A DNA stretch of 63,978 nt, counting the filler, from Dicyema japonicum (Eukaryota; Animalia; Dicyemida), in the NCBI GenBank assembly GCA_011109175.1. It is 4 parts of 4 records of this genome, joined end to end, with 100 filler letters (N's around TTAATTAATTAA, not from the genome) between each part and the next. Parts side by side here need not be neighbours in the genome. Positions count along the whole stretch, not along the records: positions 1 to 26,031 come from RDEW01000037.1; positions 26,132 to 48,671 come from RDEW01000016.1; 2 more parts are not named here. One strand, 5' to 3'. The notes under the pieces are model-generated. The model worked only from the letters and a program-made list of their open reading frames with translations, was not told the origin of the DNA and searched no databases. The translations under genes were made by a program, and so were the position numbers. The stretch's first letter is position 1. The number at the start of each line of letters is the position of its first letter. This document shows positions 12,569 through 26,965 of the stretch, piece by piece.

Positions 12569-12839
12569 TTTATTTAAAATTGGGAATGTTTACTTAAATT
12601 ATTCACAATCCTCCGTTCAAATGTGTTTTATTAGTTAATTGATCGAAAGGTTGATTACTTTTATCGGATGAAATGCATACTTTCCTTATTATGGAGAAAC
12701 CTGGGAATGGCTACGGACTCTTAAGACATGTGATATCCATCATTCTGGGAATAAAATTAGACTGAAAACGCTGAGTCATAATCTCTCAAGCAGAAACATC
12801 ATTACCCCAGTATCATTGGGTCAAAGAGAAATAAATATA

Positions 12840-13000
12840 AGCTCATAACTTACTAAGTGATTCCATATCGACAAGGGAGAGGACGAATCCATCGGGAATC
12901 CTGAACTGCTATCTTATCGGTCAAGGCATCTACTCAAACTTTCTGTATGATTGTGCATATTTTGACAGTGTATGGAACAAAAGGCAGCTCGGTGGACTGA
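12840..13000 (-). mobile_element. LINE 3' fragment, homologous to 25610-25820
   Basis: Shares TGTTCCATACACT...CAATCATACAGAAAGTTTGAG and ends GGA ATC ACT TAG. Confidence 0.6.
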
Positions 13001-13645
13001 CCACCTTTAAGAGTTTATGTTGTAATTCTATTAAGAGATTTTCAATGGGTTGGATTTTGTCCAATTAACTTTATTGTAGTCTCATGGATTCAGGATAGTT
13101 TCAAGTACGAGTAGCGTGAAATGTGCATTACCCATGAAGGACTTGCATGGGTCAGATAAATTCCTAGATTTGTCTTAAAGTGTTTTTGAGAGCACTTTTA
13201 GAATTAGTAAGAGGAGTTAGTTAAGACCGTGTTCCAAAATGAGACCTCAGAATTAAAGACGGCAAAGGAGACCGCCTATAGTAAGAGGGGTTAATAAAGA
13301 CCGTGAGGCAGATACTTGGTTACAAGGTCCCCGTTATTCCAATAGTAATGAAAAATTGCAACAAAGTACCACCTGAGATATCTAAGAAAGTTGGGAGTAG
13401 ATAGGCCTGCCAACAGTCCACTTTTTTAAAGCAATAATTCTTTCATCCTCATAAAGAATCTAAAAACTTGAATTCCAATTTAATTTTGATGGAGTCGTCT
13501 TCAAATAGTCTGTCCTGTCCAAAGTTGGTCAATGGAGTTTGTCGGTTTCAACGAAGCTACATATCAGTCAGGGCGGATTTTTTCACGACAAAAATATTTT
13601 ATTTATTGTTTTTTCAGATGATTGATAGAGATAAGGAAAATTAAA

Positions 13646-13810
13646 TGTAACAAACATCTTCTACTTAAAAAGACACTAATGGGATGTGCTTCATTATACA
13701 TCTTTGTACCTTATAAGGCCTTATCATCTATGAGGTAGTACGTGACCATGGAAAATATCCTTTTAGATTAATGCGAAGAATACTTGCATTCCCTTCATTT
13801 GGAAACGTGG
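13646..13810 (-). repeat. Dispersed repeat (second copy about 9497-9730) ending in TGTTTGTTACA; possible Ginger-like terminus
   Basis: CTTAAAA(A)GACACTAAT... and GATTAATGCGAAGAATAC... blocks are shared with 9497-9730; the terminal 11-mer TGTAACAAACA (13646-13656) matches 56242-56252 in reverse complement. Confidence 0.4.
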
Positions 13811-14344
13811 TATACACTAAGGATTGAGACTGGATGACATTTACCTCAATTATTTAATTTTCTGTTCGGTTTACCTTATATATTATCTTAACTCACGATT
13901 AAATTCCGATCTAAAATATCACATTTTTAAATAGTAAATTTGGTATAAGACAACACTTGTATTGACTTTCTTTTGCCTATATAATGGTTCGGTATTATTT
14001 TCCTTTGAAAAAAACGGAAGTATAAAGAAAAGAAATCGAAAGGTTCACTTTACATGTTCATTTTTTCTAATTTTGATGAGACAGCAGGAGGTATAAACAG
14101 GAAATTTTTACAATTTTAAAGAGATCATGAGCTCAAAAAAGCATTCAGGAACATCAATCCTCTTTCGAAAGTTAACTCTATTTTTGTTCACAGTCTAACA
14201 ATAATCCTGATTCTTATATTTTTTGGCAATTTTTTAAGAGTATTAAGATTATTAAACTTTCACAGTAAATCGATACTCTTTATGCCGAATTGAGTAGCAC
14301 CACATGGGCCACGCGGCAAGTTTATGTGAATGAATAGTACAAGG

Positions 14345-14790
14345 AAAGCGAATATTATTTATAACCCCGTGATCACCGAGAAAGAAAGACAGAAAAACGT
14401 CAGACGGTTAGGTAATCCCAGTTCCCGTAATTAGTCGAGCTATTCAACGTCTGTGGTCTTACATCGTTCCCACTACTGTACGAAAGAATCTTCTCTCATC
14501 CCTGCAGAGGAATCCGACTATGGAAGGGAACTTTTTAACCACTCAGTTTTTTTCCTTTAAAATAGAGAGGCGATTTCCATCCTCCCCACAGACCCGAAGG
14601 AATCCGGATTCACGGGTCGTTTTTTCCGTAAGCATGGAATTGACTGTTGATCCAATATGAGAGCCCTCATTTAATAGTTTTTCGGTATATCGAATTGAGT
14701 CTGTGGAGAGTACATATTACTTTTTAGTCAAAAATAGTAAGTCGGTTGGAAATCAACAATCGTTCACGTTCGCCTGGGAATTAGCGGTTG
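14345..14790 (-). mobile_element. Older diverged copy of the 4595-5515 LINE 3' end
   Basis: Collinear GTGATCACCGAGAAAGAAAGACA...TTAGGTAATCCCAGTTCCCG and downstream blocks. Confidence 0.65.
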
Positions 14791-14794
14791 CAAC

Positions 14795-15400
14795 TTACGT
14801 CAAGTTATCACAGTATATCCCACTGAGCTCCTCTAACAGAAAGAACTCATCCAGATAATCCTTTATTGTGCAATTGTGCTTGTCAGGGATGGATAATGGC
14901 AGGAACATGAAAACATCAAAGGTCACCGACTCTGTCGAACAGGTCCCACAATTTATTGTTGATTTGAGAACTCCCTGGAAATAGTCTGAGATTATTGACT
15001 GGTTCTCCCGCAGATTAAATCTCCAAACCTCTTCTGTCTTTGTGCTGCAAGTCAGAGAGCGACCGTCCCTTATTCCTCGTTTCAAATCCTCGTGTAGGCT
15101 ATCCAGGATAAATTTGAGGAATTCATGAGAGTCATGTTGCTGTCCTTTTAATAGTGTTCTTCCGTGAAATCCTAGACTAATTCCTCAATCTACACTTATT
15201 TTCACAAGAGACAGATCACACTCATCAGAACTATTCACAGCCAACAAGAAATCATGGTAGAGGAAAGCCAGGTCCCCTTTGTATCCCATTTTGTTGTCTC
15301 TGCATGTCAATTATTTCAACTTGTTTATGTCCTCCTTGAACTTTTCTGAGATGAAATAGTGACTCAGTTTGAGCACAAAAACACTGGATTACTACAATCA
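14795..15400 (-). pseudogene. Ubiquitin-specific protease (C19/USP) catalytic-domain fragment, truncated at both ends
   Basis: IQC...HYFISEKFKEDIN|KDNKMGYKGDLA...|GQQHDSHEFLKFILDSLHEDLK...SIISDYFQGVLKSTINCGTC...FMFLPLSIP. Introns 15300-15320 (21 nt) and 15172-15195 (24 nt). Apparent frameshift near 15375; flanked by TE fragments with no Cys box or His box visible. Confidence 0.65.
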
Positions 15401-15459
15401 TGAAGCAAGTGTTTCCGAAATTTCTCAGTCCTCGGGGATTTACCTTTTTTATATAACAA

Positions 15460-15700
15460 AACTAATTCCCCTGACAACTGCCAGAGAAATCCTTTGGAAC
15501 AGCCACTCGGTTTCCCGACGCTCATTACTCACTTTCGATATCCCATTTAGAAAAGAAAACGTTTTGATCCCGAAAATTTCACTCGTCTCGACGACGGGCT
15601 GCACATGGAATCAGGTGGAGAGGCTGTCGTATTTTCTTATTTTGGAATTCTCGAATGTTCGTACAGCTTTTCAGAATGATTAATAATCGATTATCTTTTA
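15460..15700 (-). mobile_element. CRE-like retroelement 3' (RLE) fragment
   Basis: ERRETEWLFQRISLAVVRG, homologous to the C-terminus of ORF 56292-59465. Confidence 0.7.
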
Positions 15701-15989
15701 GATAAGGGTAGCCACTTCCCAGCATAAAAATTAATGAATTTATTTTAATTTTCCAACAAATACCATTATCTAACGTTGCTAATAAACAGTTTTATCAAAA
15801 CAACACAATGGAATATAGTAATTACATATCATCGCATAAGAGTAGTGTACATGGTCAACAAGGCATGAGATAACTTAAAACGTTATTATAAATCGATAAA
15901 AATTAGACATGATTGTGCGGTCAAATAAATAACTGAGTAGCCAGTTTTTAACTCCTTGCTTTTAAAAAAGACTCTATATTGAGTGCTTA

Positions 15990-17508
<1,519 letters not shown>

Positions 17509-17899
17509 TATAAAATTTTATTTAAAATTAATTATCAAAAATATTAATAAATCTATTTATATTTATTGATAAAAAAATATTGTTTCCATTTTCTAAGGCT
17601 CACAAATTAAGGGCTAAAGTAGAAAATCCCAGATCTGTTATTCTTATTTTTTTATTTTACAAGAATCACCAACAAAATAAAATAAAAAAGACTGGTGCCG
17701 TCGGGTGATCCAGACCTCCTTAAGCAGTGTTCCTCTCGAGAGCCAACAAACTTTTTGTATGAATAATTCACTTTTCGAAATTTGGAGGTTTCAATGGGGC
17801 TCCTGTTCTCCTCACAAGTTCTTCGAACGGAGTTAACACTAGTGGCGAGGGACACGTTTCAACAAAAATATAGGCTGATATAACCCTGCAGAAAATGGA

Positions 17900-20800
17900 A
17901 AGTCGGCTAGACCTGTCAGGAAACACTTTCGGAAACACTTTATTCAACAGGAATTAGGAGTTAGTTTGGAGGTTTTTAACGAGTCCGCCTATGCGGCCTG
18001 GACTCTTCCGATGCACCTCATCTCAATTTTAATTTCTTCTTAGCGTCGGATCCCCTTGATCTTCTTCACAATATTTTTTACTGGTGCAAGAATCTTGTCT
18101 TCTTCCGTGCTTAGGACATCAAACAGCTTTTTCCCAAAGGCCAACTTTATTTCTGACCTTCTCGACTTTTCCATGAGTGACATTATCTTATCTTTTTGGC
18201 GAGAAAAAAACCACGTTTCACACCCGTATAGTAGCTCTGGTAGGATAATCCTCATGAAGATAAACAAGAAGATCTCCAAGCTTACGGATAGCTTCCTTGT
18301 ACAGAAAAGCGCTTGTAGCGCTGTCTTCCTTCTTCGTCTGATATCTTCCATGAAGGAACCTTCTCCATCGATGACTATCCCGAGGTAGCGAAGTGAATTC
18401 ACTTTTGGGATGCCAAGTGAATAAGGCTGTACACGATGCCTCCGTAGGCGACTGACTCTCATATGGCTTGATTTTTCGGTAGAGAGTGTCATCCCTCTCT
18501 TGGAGCACCAGTCCTGAACTTGATCAACGAATAGCCTGATTCTATTTTCCGATAAAGTGGATTTTCCAGAAGTATCCATGATTAAAATGTCATCCGCGTA
18601 TATCAACATCTTGGTGTTCATATTTGGTGGAACTGGGAAGTCTGACAAGAATATATTGAATAACAGCGGGCTCAAGATCGAGCCCTGTGGAACTCCCCTC
18701 TTCAATGTAATAACTTTTGACATATATGGTCAGACACGTATTCGGGAAGTTCGTTCCGTTAGAAAGTTCTTTATCCATATGAAGTGTTTCTTATGGATAT
18801 TCGCAGCTGCTAGCCTTGATAGGAGGGCTTCATGCCACACGCTATCAAAAGCTTTAGACAGATCCAGACATACTAGGTTGACTTGTCTCTTGAATTCCAG
18901 ACCTTTCAATACCGTCGAGTGCATCTGGTAGATGCAGTCTGTACAGGAATTTCCAGGTATGAAGCCACATTGTTCCGCGAGGAGGAATCCACTTTCTTCT
19001 ATGTGCTCGTTCAGCCTCTTGAAGATAATTCGCTCAGCAATCTTGGAAATAGAGCAAATGAGGCTGATCGGTCTATAGTTGAGAGGGTTCCTCCCCGACT
19101 TTCCCGGTTTGAGTACCATTCTGATAATAGAACACTTCCATCGTATTGGGACATATCCATGAGTAATACTCGCATTAAATAGATTCCTCAGCACAAGCAG
19201 CAGATCATCCGACCCTTCCTTGAACAATCTCATACTTATATGATCATGTCCAGGGGCGTTGGTCTTGCATGTTCTGATCGCATTTATAACGTCCTCTGTC
19301 GTTATCTCCATTTCGGTATCATTAAGATCATCCAGAGAGTACGTTAGGAGTTCTTCTGTAGCTTTCAACTTTCCCCTGGGACTAGCTCCATTGGGTTGAC
19401 CCCCCTGGATATCCTCCAGTTGCTTCTTAAAGATAGCTCGAGCTTCTTCCATAGAACACGATCCTCCTTCTGGTTTGGTCAAAGAGATTTTTGTATCCTT
19501 CATGTTCTGACCAGTTAATCTTTTATAGAACTTCCAGAACGAAAGATCTTTCGTATTTAGTTTGCTTGCCTCGTTCCTCAAATGTTGTTCTTGGGACAGT
19601 CTTGTTTCCTCTTCAATGATTTTTTTGATTATTTTTAAATGGTCGGTCAGTGCAATCCGGTCCATCCAATCAACACATCTTCATAGTTTGTTCCTTATGC
19701 GGTTTTTTTCATTAATCATAGATAATGTATGAGGGGAGAGATTGATACTCTTCCCATGATTGGTGTTAGAAGTTCTCCTCCTTGCGTAAAGTGATAAGTA
19801 TCTCTCCATTATAATTGAGAGGTCTCTGTCTATGTTGTCAATATCATTTCCCATGATTGGTCTTTGAAATTCTCCTCCTTGCGTAAAGTGATAAGTATCT
19901 CTCCATTATAATTGAGAGGTCTCTGTTCATGTTGTCAATATCATTTCGGGAATAAGGTCCATCCTTCCAGTTTTTGAGGTTTCTAGATATGTATCTTCTA
20001 TAGTGTTCCCAATTTACTCTTGTCAGGTCGTAACCTGTAAACACAGAGTCCATGGAGTCTGGAGCTAGGTTCAATAACATCTCTTGAGGTATATAGTCAC
20101 TCCCGATGTCCCACATGATCATCGTCTTCTCTACATAAGTGTAGAGCAGTGGTGACACCAGGAACACCCCAAGCATGTCTCCCCCTTAGTGCGAGTAATG
20201 ATTCAGTTTTTCCGTTGTCAAAATCTCAAAGCCAGTCTTATCACTCAATTTTCTTAGTCTGATTCCATCATCGTTTGTACCGAGGCACCCAAAATTAATG
20301 TTATTGGGATTTAGATCACCCACTAACATAGACATATCGTTTCTTGTAAAGAATTCTTTAATTTCTGTGGAGCAAGGTCTTTTGAATACATTCCACCGAC
20401 GTGTATCCAACTGCCACAGCATCTCACCTCGATGGAAACAAATTCACAGTGTGTATTCATAATAATTTTTGGCTCACGTATCTGTAGAACTTCACTGTAG
20501 AACAATGTGGTTCCAGTACCAGCTTCTGCACCTTCGACCCATGGAATTTCTATAGAATTGTATCCCTGTAGCATAGTGGTACAGTGTGTATTCATAATAA
20601 TTTTTGGCTCACGTATCTGTAGAACTTCACTGTAGAACAATGTGGTTCCAGTACCAGCTTCTGCACCTTCGACCCATGGAATTTCTATAGAATTGTATCC
20701 CTGTAGCATTGTGGTGTTGGTCTTTTTTACCTTGCTCTCGTTGACCACCAGGATGTCAATATTGGTGGACGATAGTAGTAGTGCCAGGTCATGACACCTC

Positions 20801-22213
20801 TTTTTTAGGGATCGGGCGTTCACCAGCACTATCTTCAAGTTTCTTTTCAATTTTCATGTTGGTGGCCCAGGCTCTCCATGGCCAGGTCCATCATACTGCG
20901 TAAATCCACCCCGAGTATGCTGCTTAGTTCTTTCAGTCTTGATATTATTTCCTTTAGTTCATTTGTAATACTCCCTAATAACTTTTCCTTCGGTAGCCAG
21001 GCCGACTCTCGTTGAAGAGGAGCAGCTTCGTACTTGTTAGTTCTTGCGCCAATTACCCTTTTTTGGGCTGGCAGTTCCAATTTCTTGGTTATAGTATCCG
21101 TCTGTTTTGGTTCCCTGTTGTCGATTCGGGAGTTTAACTTACGTCTGGCCTCCATGAATACAGGGCATCCTTCGTATCTTGCGCCGTGTCGTGTTGACCC
21201 GCAGTTAACACATTATCGTTCAAGGGTTGGATCCGCATCACACTTGGTGGTGTCGTGTTCTCCCGCGCAACGGAAGCATTTTTTCTTTTCCGTGCACTGG
21301 TATGCAAAGTGGCCGATTTGCTGACAACTGTAGCAGATCGGTGGTCCTCTTCGCATCCATTCACAAGAAATCTTGTTCGTCCCTATGTAGAAGCCACATC
21401 GTATTAGTGATGTAGCCTCCGACTTCATATTGATCGTGGCCTTCACCAATGGAATGACCTGCGATCTTCTGGTCATTCGGGTAACCTTCGTGACTGAGGG
21501 AGCCATCTCCTGAAGGTAGTCCAAGAGGTCGTCCTCCTTCACCCAGAAGGGGAGGTTCCTGAGGACAATCTCAGACGGTTTTGTTGAGATTGTCTTGAAA
21601 TGGTGATTGTCATTACCAAAAGGGCAGGTCTCATTCACAGCTTCTATAAAGGTGGCCACATGGGTGTTATCCAGGAAATCCAGCCAGAAAGAGCCCGGTC
21701 CTCTGTGGTTCATCCTCATAGATCCGTATCGGTGATAGTATTGTAAAACGTTTGCGAATTTAATCGCATTCATAGTAGAATTCACTGTAATTAAAATAGT
21801 CTTGTTCTCTGAATGATCAGATTTCATTAGTTCATTCGTATATTTGGACATTTCCTTGGGATCGTGTTTTGCAATGACATTCGCTGGTTTAACAGGTTCT
21901 GCCTTATGCGGAGTCTTGTTTTCTAAAGAGAATGATTCAGCAGTAGCACTTCCCGGAGGACGAGAAGAGCTTTTCAATTTTGTGGTTTTTACTGGTTTTA
22001 CTGCAGATCTCTTCGTGTTAGTTTTTTGAACCATAAAATTTATTGCTAGACCTGTCAACTTATCATAAGGGCTTTTATAAGGGCAGATCGACCTCAGATG
22101 TTGTGTGGAGCCACAAGTGGTGATGCGTAACTGCCCAAAGATTCAAAGTGATAACGAATAATCTTGGAATTGACACGTAGAAAGCTTCTGACTCGGTCAA
22201 TCGACAGAAACTG
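17900..22213 (-). mobile_element. Full-length two-ORF Jockey/I-group LINE, recently decayed
   Basis: ORF1 20847-22058 has one in-frame TAA at 21213 and three CCHC-type knuckles (CYSCQQIGHFAYQC, CFRCAGEHDTTKC, CVNCGSTRHGARYEGC). ORF2 pieces cover APE (LVNARSL, VGDLN) and RT (NYRPISL, QCGF, LDLSKAFDSVWH, GVPQGSILSP, YADD) and end at 18040; AATAAA in the 3' UTR; two internal tandem duplications. Confidence 0.88.
22170..22213 (-). promoter_or_regulatory. Possible internal Pol II promoter of the LINE (CAGT initiator with downstream ACGTG)
   Basis: Minus strand CAGT...ACGTGT, about 35 nt apart, upstream of ORF1; resembles the Inr/DPE arrangement of Jockey/I elements. Spacing is not exact. Confidence 0.25.
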
Positions 22214-22254
22214 TTACAAGTGTTACAAGTTTTGTGTCATCTACCTTGAAGCAG

Positions 22255-22700
22255 CCCTTCGAGACCTGAACTACTCATTGAAAAAGAAACAAGCACAATA
22301 GCATACGCAGAAAATGTGGACTTAATTTCAAATGATAAAAAAGCACTTACTGCTTTATTAGAGGAAATGCATGGGATATTGGCTAAGTGCTTCCTAACAG
22401 TAAACTTGGACAAACTGAAGTCACAAAAATCAGAAAATTGAAAGCGAGGAGGAGTATTGGTGCAAAATCTGGGCTCCCTTCTCAGAGACAGAGAAGACAA
22501 CAAGTAAAACAAAACCGTATTCCACAAAATAAAGAAAACCTGGTTTGCCCATAGAAGGCTCGATGTGGAGATGGGTTAAAGCAGAGGCGGCTCAATCAGT
22601 ATGGAAAAAAACCTGCAGCTTCTACTTGTGAGACTTTTACGCGAACTGAAGACTCAAAGGAGGCTATACAGACTGAGAGAATGCTTTAAATAAAATGAAG
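22255..22700 (+). mobile_element. RTE RT C-terminal fragment
   Basis: IAYAENVDLISNDKKAL...NLGSLLRDRED, similar to 6253-6900. Confidence 0.6.
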
Positions 22701-22729
22701 AATACAGAATGGGAAAAATCCTGAACCTA

Positions 22730-25200
22730 AGTGATAATGGCTCCAAAGAGATAACTTTCATCATCTCCAGGCTCTACCACAAATGTTGTAAGGCAATGTG
22801 GTTTTACTGGATGTGGTGGCACTAGTTCTGAAAAAGCTAGGCCACCTGAAAAGTTTTTGAAAGCAAGAAATGTAAAAAATAATGGTGGTGAATGCCAGAT
22901 CCATTCGGAAAAAACATGATGAACAGGCATTACTGGTGAAAGCTGAGGAGGATGATATTATGGTCGTTAACCAGACTAAAATCAAAGAACTTATTAATTG
23001 TGTGAACAGCATTAGCCAGTTTTTTATAGACTATCCGAAATCTATTTTGGTTGGAGATCTTAATTCCAAACATGTTGCTTTTGGGTGTGGTTCGGCCAAT
23101 CAGGATGGACGAAGATTGAGACATTTATCCGACTCTCTTGGCTTCGAGGTTTTGACATCAAAGGAACCAAATCATTATTCATATACAGATTGTGATAAAC
23201 TTGGTGTTTTTCTGGTGTCTTCACTTCTTATTGCGCATGTGGATACTTCTACCATTCTTCGAGATATCGGAAGCGACCATATTCCACAGGTCTTATGTGT
23301 TAATTTAAAGTCGGCCATGTATTGCGGGGTTTATGAAATTTGATATTAATAATGTCAATTGGAGTTATTACAGGACTTTCATGACAGATAAAATTTTTTC
23401 TTTATCCGGTGATGTGGACTATGTTAGCGCAAACATTTTGAGTGCTATGGAAGAGTATTTACATTGTTTTGCGAAACCTGTTTTCTCTGGAGATCCTAAA
23501 GCTGCTGTCCCTGTCCATATCAAACGGGAAATTTCAGAACGAAATCCCTTCGGACAAAGTTAGGACGGTGTCTGGATTATATGGACCGAGAATTTCTAAA
23601 GAGAAGAATACGAGTTACTCAGAAGACTATAGATTTCTTATTTAAAGAACAAGTCAATAAAAATGGAGGACTGAAGCAGGAAGGTTGGACACCAGACCCA
23701 ACATTCTGGAAGTCTTATCGATGGCGGATGTTCCTAGTCACCATGGGGGATGTTCCTAATGCCTTTTGGGAGCTGCTCGAGAGTATTCAATGGATTGATC
23801 CATAGGATCTAGTGGCCGAAGAATCTCTTTAAAGTATGAAAATTCTAGAAGAACATTTTGGGACATGACGCATGGAGATAATTACTAAAGAAAAGGTGAA
23901 ACAAACTATTATGTAGTGCCGAGATAAAGCTCTTGGAATGGACGGGATACGCCTTAAGTTATTAAAGAAGGGTCCGGATTGCCTTTTTGAGGTCCTCTGT
24001 TACCTATTTGAACCAAGTCTCAATATGGGATATGTACCTCAAGCTTGAAAGGATTCCATTATTCGGATGATCCCAAAACCAGGAAAATCGATGACGGATT
24101 CCTTGGACTATAGACCTATTAGTCTAATAAACTCAATTTCAAAAATCATGGAGAGGCTGATCTATAAAAGACTCACACGTCATATCGAATCACGGAATTT
24201 TCTCAGCAGGGAACAATGGGGTATTCGTCCGGGGAGATCATGCGGAGATCGTTTTTTTCATCTTGAACTCTGAGATTGAGAAAACCATGAATTTCAAATT
24301 CCAGCTGAGTGTCGTCTGTCTGGATATATTGAAGGTCTTCGATAGTGTCTGGCATGACGCACTGTTTTATCAGCTATTCGCAGCTGGAATCCCAAACTTT
24401 TACTTGATTAATTAAGAAATCTTCTGACAGGAAAAAGATCATTTGTGAGATGTGGAGGATTTACTTCTGAAAAGATTGTTATAAAGAAGGGAGTGCCACG
24501 AGGATCAGTCTTGAGTCCTCTGCTATTTAATATATTTATGAGAGACATTCAGGCACTCAGGAATCCTAGTACTAATGTGATTATTTACGCGGACGACGTA
24601 CTGATATCAGACATCTCGAAAAGTCCGGTCGTGTCTGAGGGAAGATTACGCGGATTTTTGAATTCTCTGGTGGAGTGAGTCTTAAGTCTCTCAATGGATA
24701 AGTCAAAAGCCATGAGAATTTCACATTATAGAAAGTTTTTTTTCAACAGGAGCACACATTGAGTAGTTATTTAGGTGTCTGTTTTAGATGTAGAGGAGAT
24801 TATGTTGTAGGTGTAAAAATGAAAAAGCAAATGGCTTACCAAGCACTTTTGTGTCTACAAAAATTCAATTTGAAGGAGACGCTTATCTTTATTTCTGAAA
24901 GAATTATTCTGCCCTCTCTTGTCTATGGATGTGAAGGATGGTATTTTTCGCCCAAAAGAGAAAGAATAATCAATCTTTTGGACAAGACGAGGAGGATGGC
25001 AATTAAGTGGCCCTTCATAAAAGGAGTGAGGAACCACTAGATGAGGAGGAAACCCTGATCAAGACAGTAAGGAATGTAGTAGTGGAGCGGATTGAGGGTT
25101 TTCTCCTGAAGACCAAAATAGATGACACGTTCATTCAGAAAATACTGTGAAGCTAAAGGGAGAGGGGGTAATATCGCGAAAGAATCCAGGCCTCACAGTA
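22730..25200 (+). mobile_element. Degenerate second copy of the Jockey/I-type LINE (ORF2 EN+RT), opposite orientation to 17900-22213
   Basis: VVNARSI, LVGDLNSKH, IGSDHIP, DYRPISLINSISK, GVPRGSVLSP, YADD; many stops and frameshifts. Confidence 0.82.
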
Positions 25201-25609
25201 GGATTTTAAATAACGTAATCCCCCACAACTATCGCTATGTTTTGGTTTTAAATAAAAAAATGTTATGTTAAATACTCTATAAAATGTTTATCTTTTCAAA
25301 AAAATATTATTTGACAGATTGTTGATGATCCGAAATATAATGGTTGAATGGGATAATTTTATGCTTCTTATTTCTGATGCTGCAAGGTATATGACAGCCG
25401 GTATTGTTTTAATTCATTTATGATTTAGCTGGGAAAATTTTTTAAAAATTTATATCCTAATCTTTTTCATATCAATTGCCCATATTTTGCATAATTGTTC
25501 AATGGAGGTCAGAAAATCTTATCCAGAAGTAGATGATGCGATAGCTAGCGTACAAGTTTCTATTAGGAAGAACCAATATAATTACAGCAAAAACTTTTAA
25601 AGGCTGTCT

Positions 25610-25820
25610 ACCGAGGTGCTATCTGTTCCATACACTATCGAAATATCTACAATCATACAGAAAGTTTGAGCCGAGCCATGCCCTATTAGAAGAGCAGTAC
25701 AGGAATCACGACTCCGCCGGACTCGTCCTCTCTCTTGTCGGTCTGGGATCACTTAGTGAGTACTTTTACTTCTTTCTCTTGGACCCAATAATCCTGGAGG
25801 TAATATTAATAATAATTTGT
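25610..25820 (+). mobile_element. LINE 3' end (GIT-stop, 3' UTR, TAA tail)
   Basis: GGG ATC ACT TAG at 25745-25756 followed by ...GGAGGTAATATTAATAATAAT. Confidence 0.6.
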
Positions 25821-26031
25821 ATCGGTGAAATTAACAACCTTTCAAACGGAGTCTCCCAAGGTCCTTGTTTGTCTCTTACATTATTAACTTGCACCTAAAC
25901 CAAGGGTTCTCAACCATTTTAGAGCTCCCACCCCAAAATCTTTTTTCATAAACTCTCAAACCCAAGAACATTTTCACTTTATATTATTTCTATTATCATT
26001 GAACCAAAAGTTTGCTAATCTATAAAAAATT

Positions 26032-26131
26032 NNNNNNNNNNNNNNNNNNNNNNNNNNNNNNNNNNNNNNNNNNNNTTAATTAATTAANNNNNNNNNNNNN
26101 NNNNNNNNNNNNNNNNNNNNNNNNNNNNNNN
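26032..26131. other. Artificial 100-nt spacer (44 N + TTAATTAATTAA + 44 N)
   Basis: Six-frame stop linker centred in Ns; identical structure at 48672-48771 and 62512-62611. Confidence 0.95.
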
Positions 26132-26480
26132 TCGATGACCTAAAGATATTTGGGCTAAAAGAAGATACTGTTATTAAAATGATGAAAGTTGTTCGCGATT
26201 TCTTTTATGTTGCCGGCTTGGAGATGAATTCGGAAAAGTCACTTTCTAATGTTAAATCGTTATCATGTTGTGAGACTCTGGAAGGAGTCAGTAGATATCG
26301 ATATTTGGGTGTTTTTGAAGATGAGGGAAGTAATGTTCTTAAAAGCAAAGTTATGGAGTCCATACTTGAAAATGTTAAGAAGAGAATAACCATGCTTTCA
26401 AAAACAAAGTTGAATTCTGTGAACTTATTTCGCGCAATAAATGAATACGCAATGTCCCTAACTATTATATAGGATTAATT
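26132..26480 (+). mobile_element. RT fragment of the R4/Dong-like RLE family
   Basis: DDLKIFG...GLEMNSEKS...YRYLGVFE...TKLNSVNLFRAINEYA. Confidence 0.7.
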
Positions 26481-26499
26481 AATATTGAACCATACGAAT

Positions 26500-26965
26500 T
26501 TGACACGCTGGTTTGATCCCGCAAAACAAATTCCAGAAAATCCTAAGAGTTACCTTTGACACCTTCTTAACTTTTACAAAACATGTCGAAAATATGTTAT
26601 TGACTTGTACGAAGAAAATCAACTTCCTGAAGGCGTTCTTGAAAAAACCTAGGAGACAAAAAAAATCTAAGTGGACTGGATTCATATACAAACATTTCAT
26701 CGACTCTCCAATAACATACGCATGTAATGTCTGGGGATCTAACCTTGCCGCAACGATTTTAGACAAGATCTGAAACATTCAAGAAAAGACAGCAAACTTA
26801 CTAAGGAAATCTTTCCATGTGGAAATTCTTACCAGTAACCTTGAAAATATGATAGAGGCGACTCGAGTATGCGGACCCCGTTCATGTCGGAAATGCGCAA
26901 GAACGCAGTCGAAACTCCGAGAAAAAATGCAAAGACTGTTGAGAGAGGCAGGGATCACCTGAATT
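26500..26965 (+). mobile_element. LINE post-RT 3' fragment ending AGIT-stop
   Basis: ILRVTFDTFLTFTKHVEN...PITYACNVWG; GCA GGG ATC ACC TGA at 26948-26962. Confidence 0.6.

Noticed and set aside
26076-26087. TTAATTAATTAA palindrome centred in N runs (also 48716-48727 and 62556-62567)
   Set aside because: Identical 44N-12-44N layout three times; an artificial six-frame-stop spacer. Adjacency across these joins is unproven.
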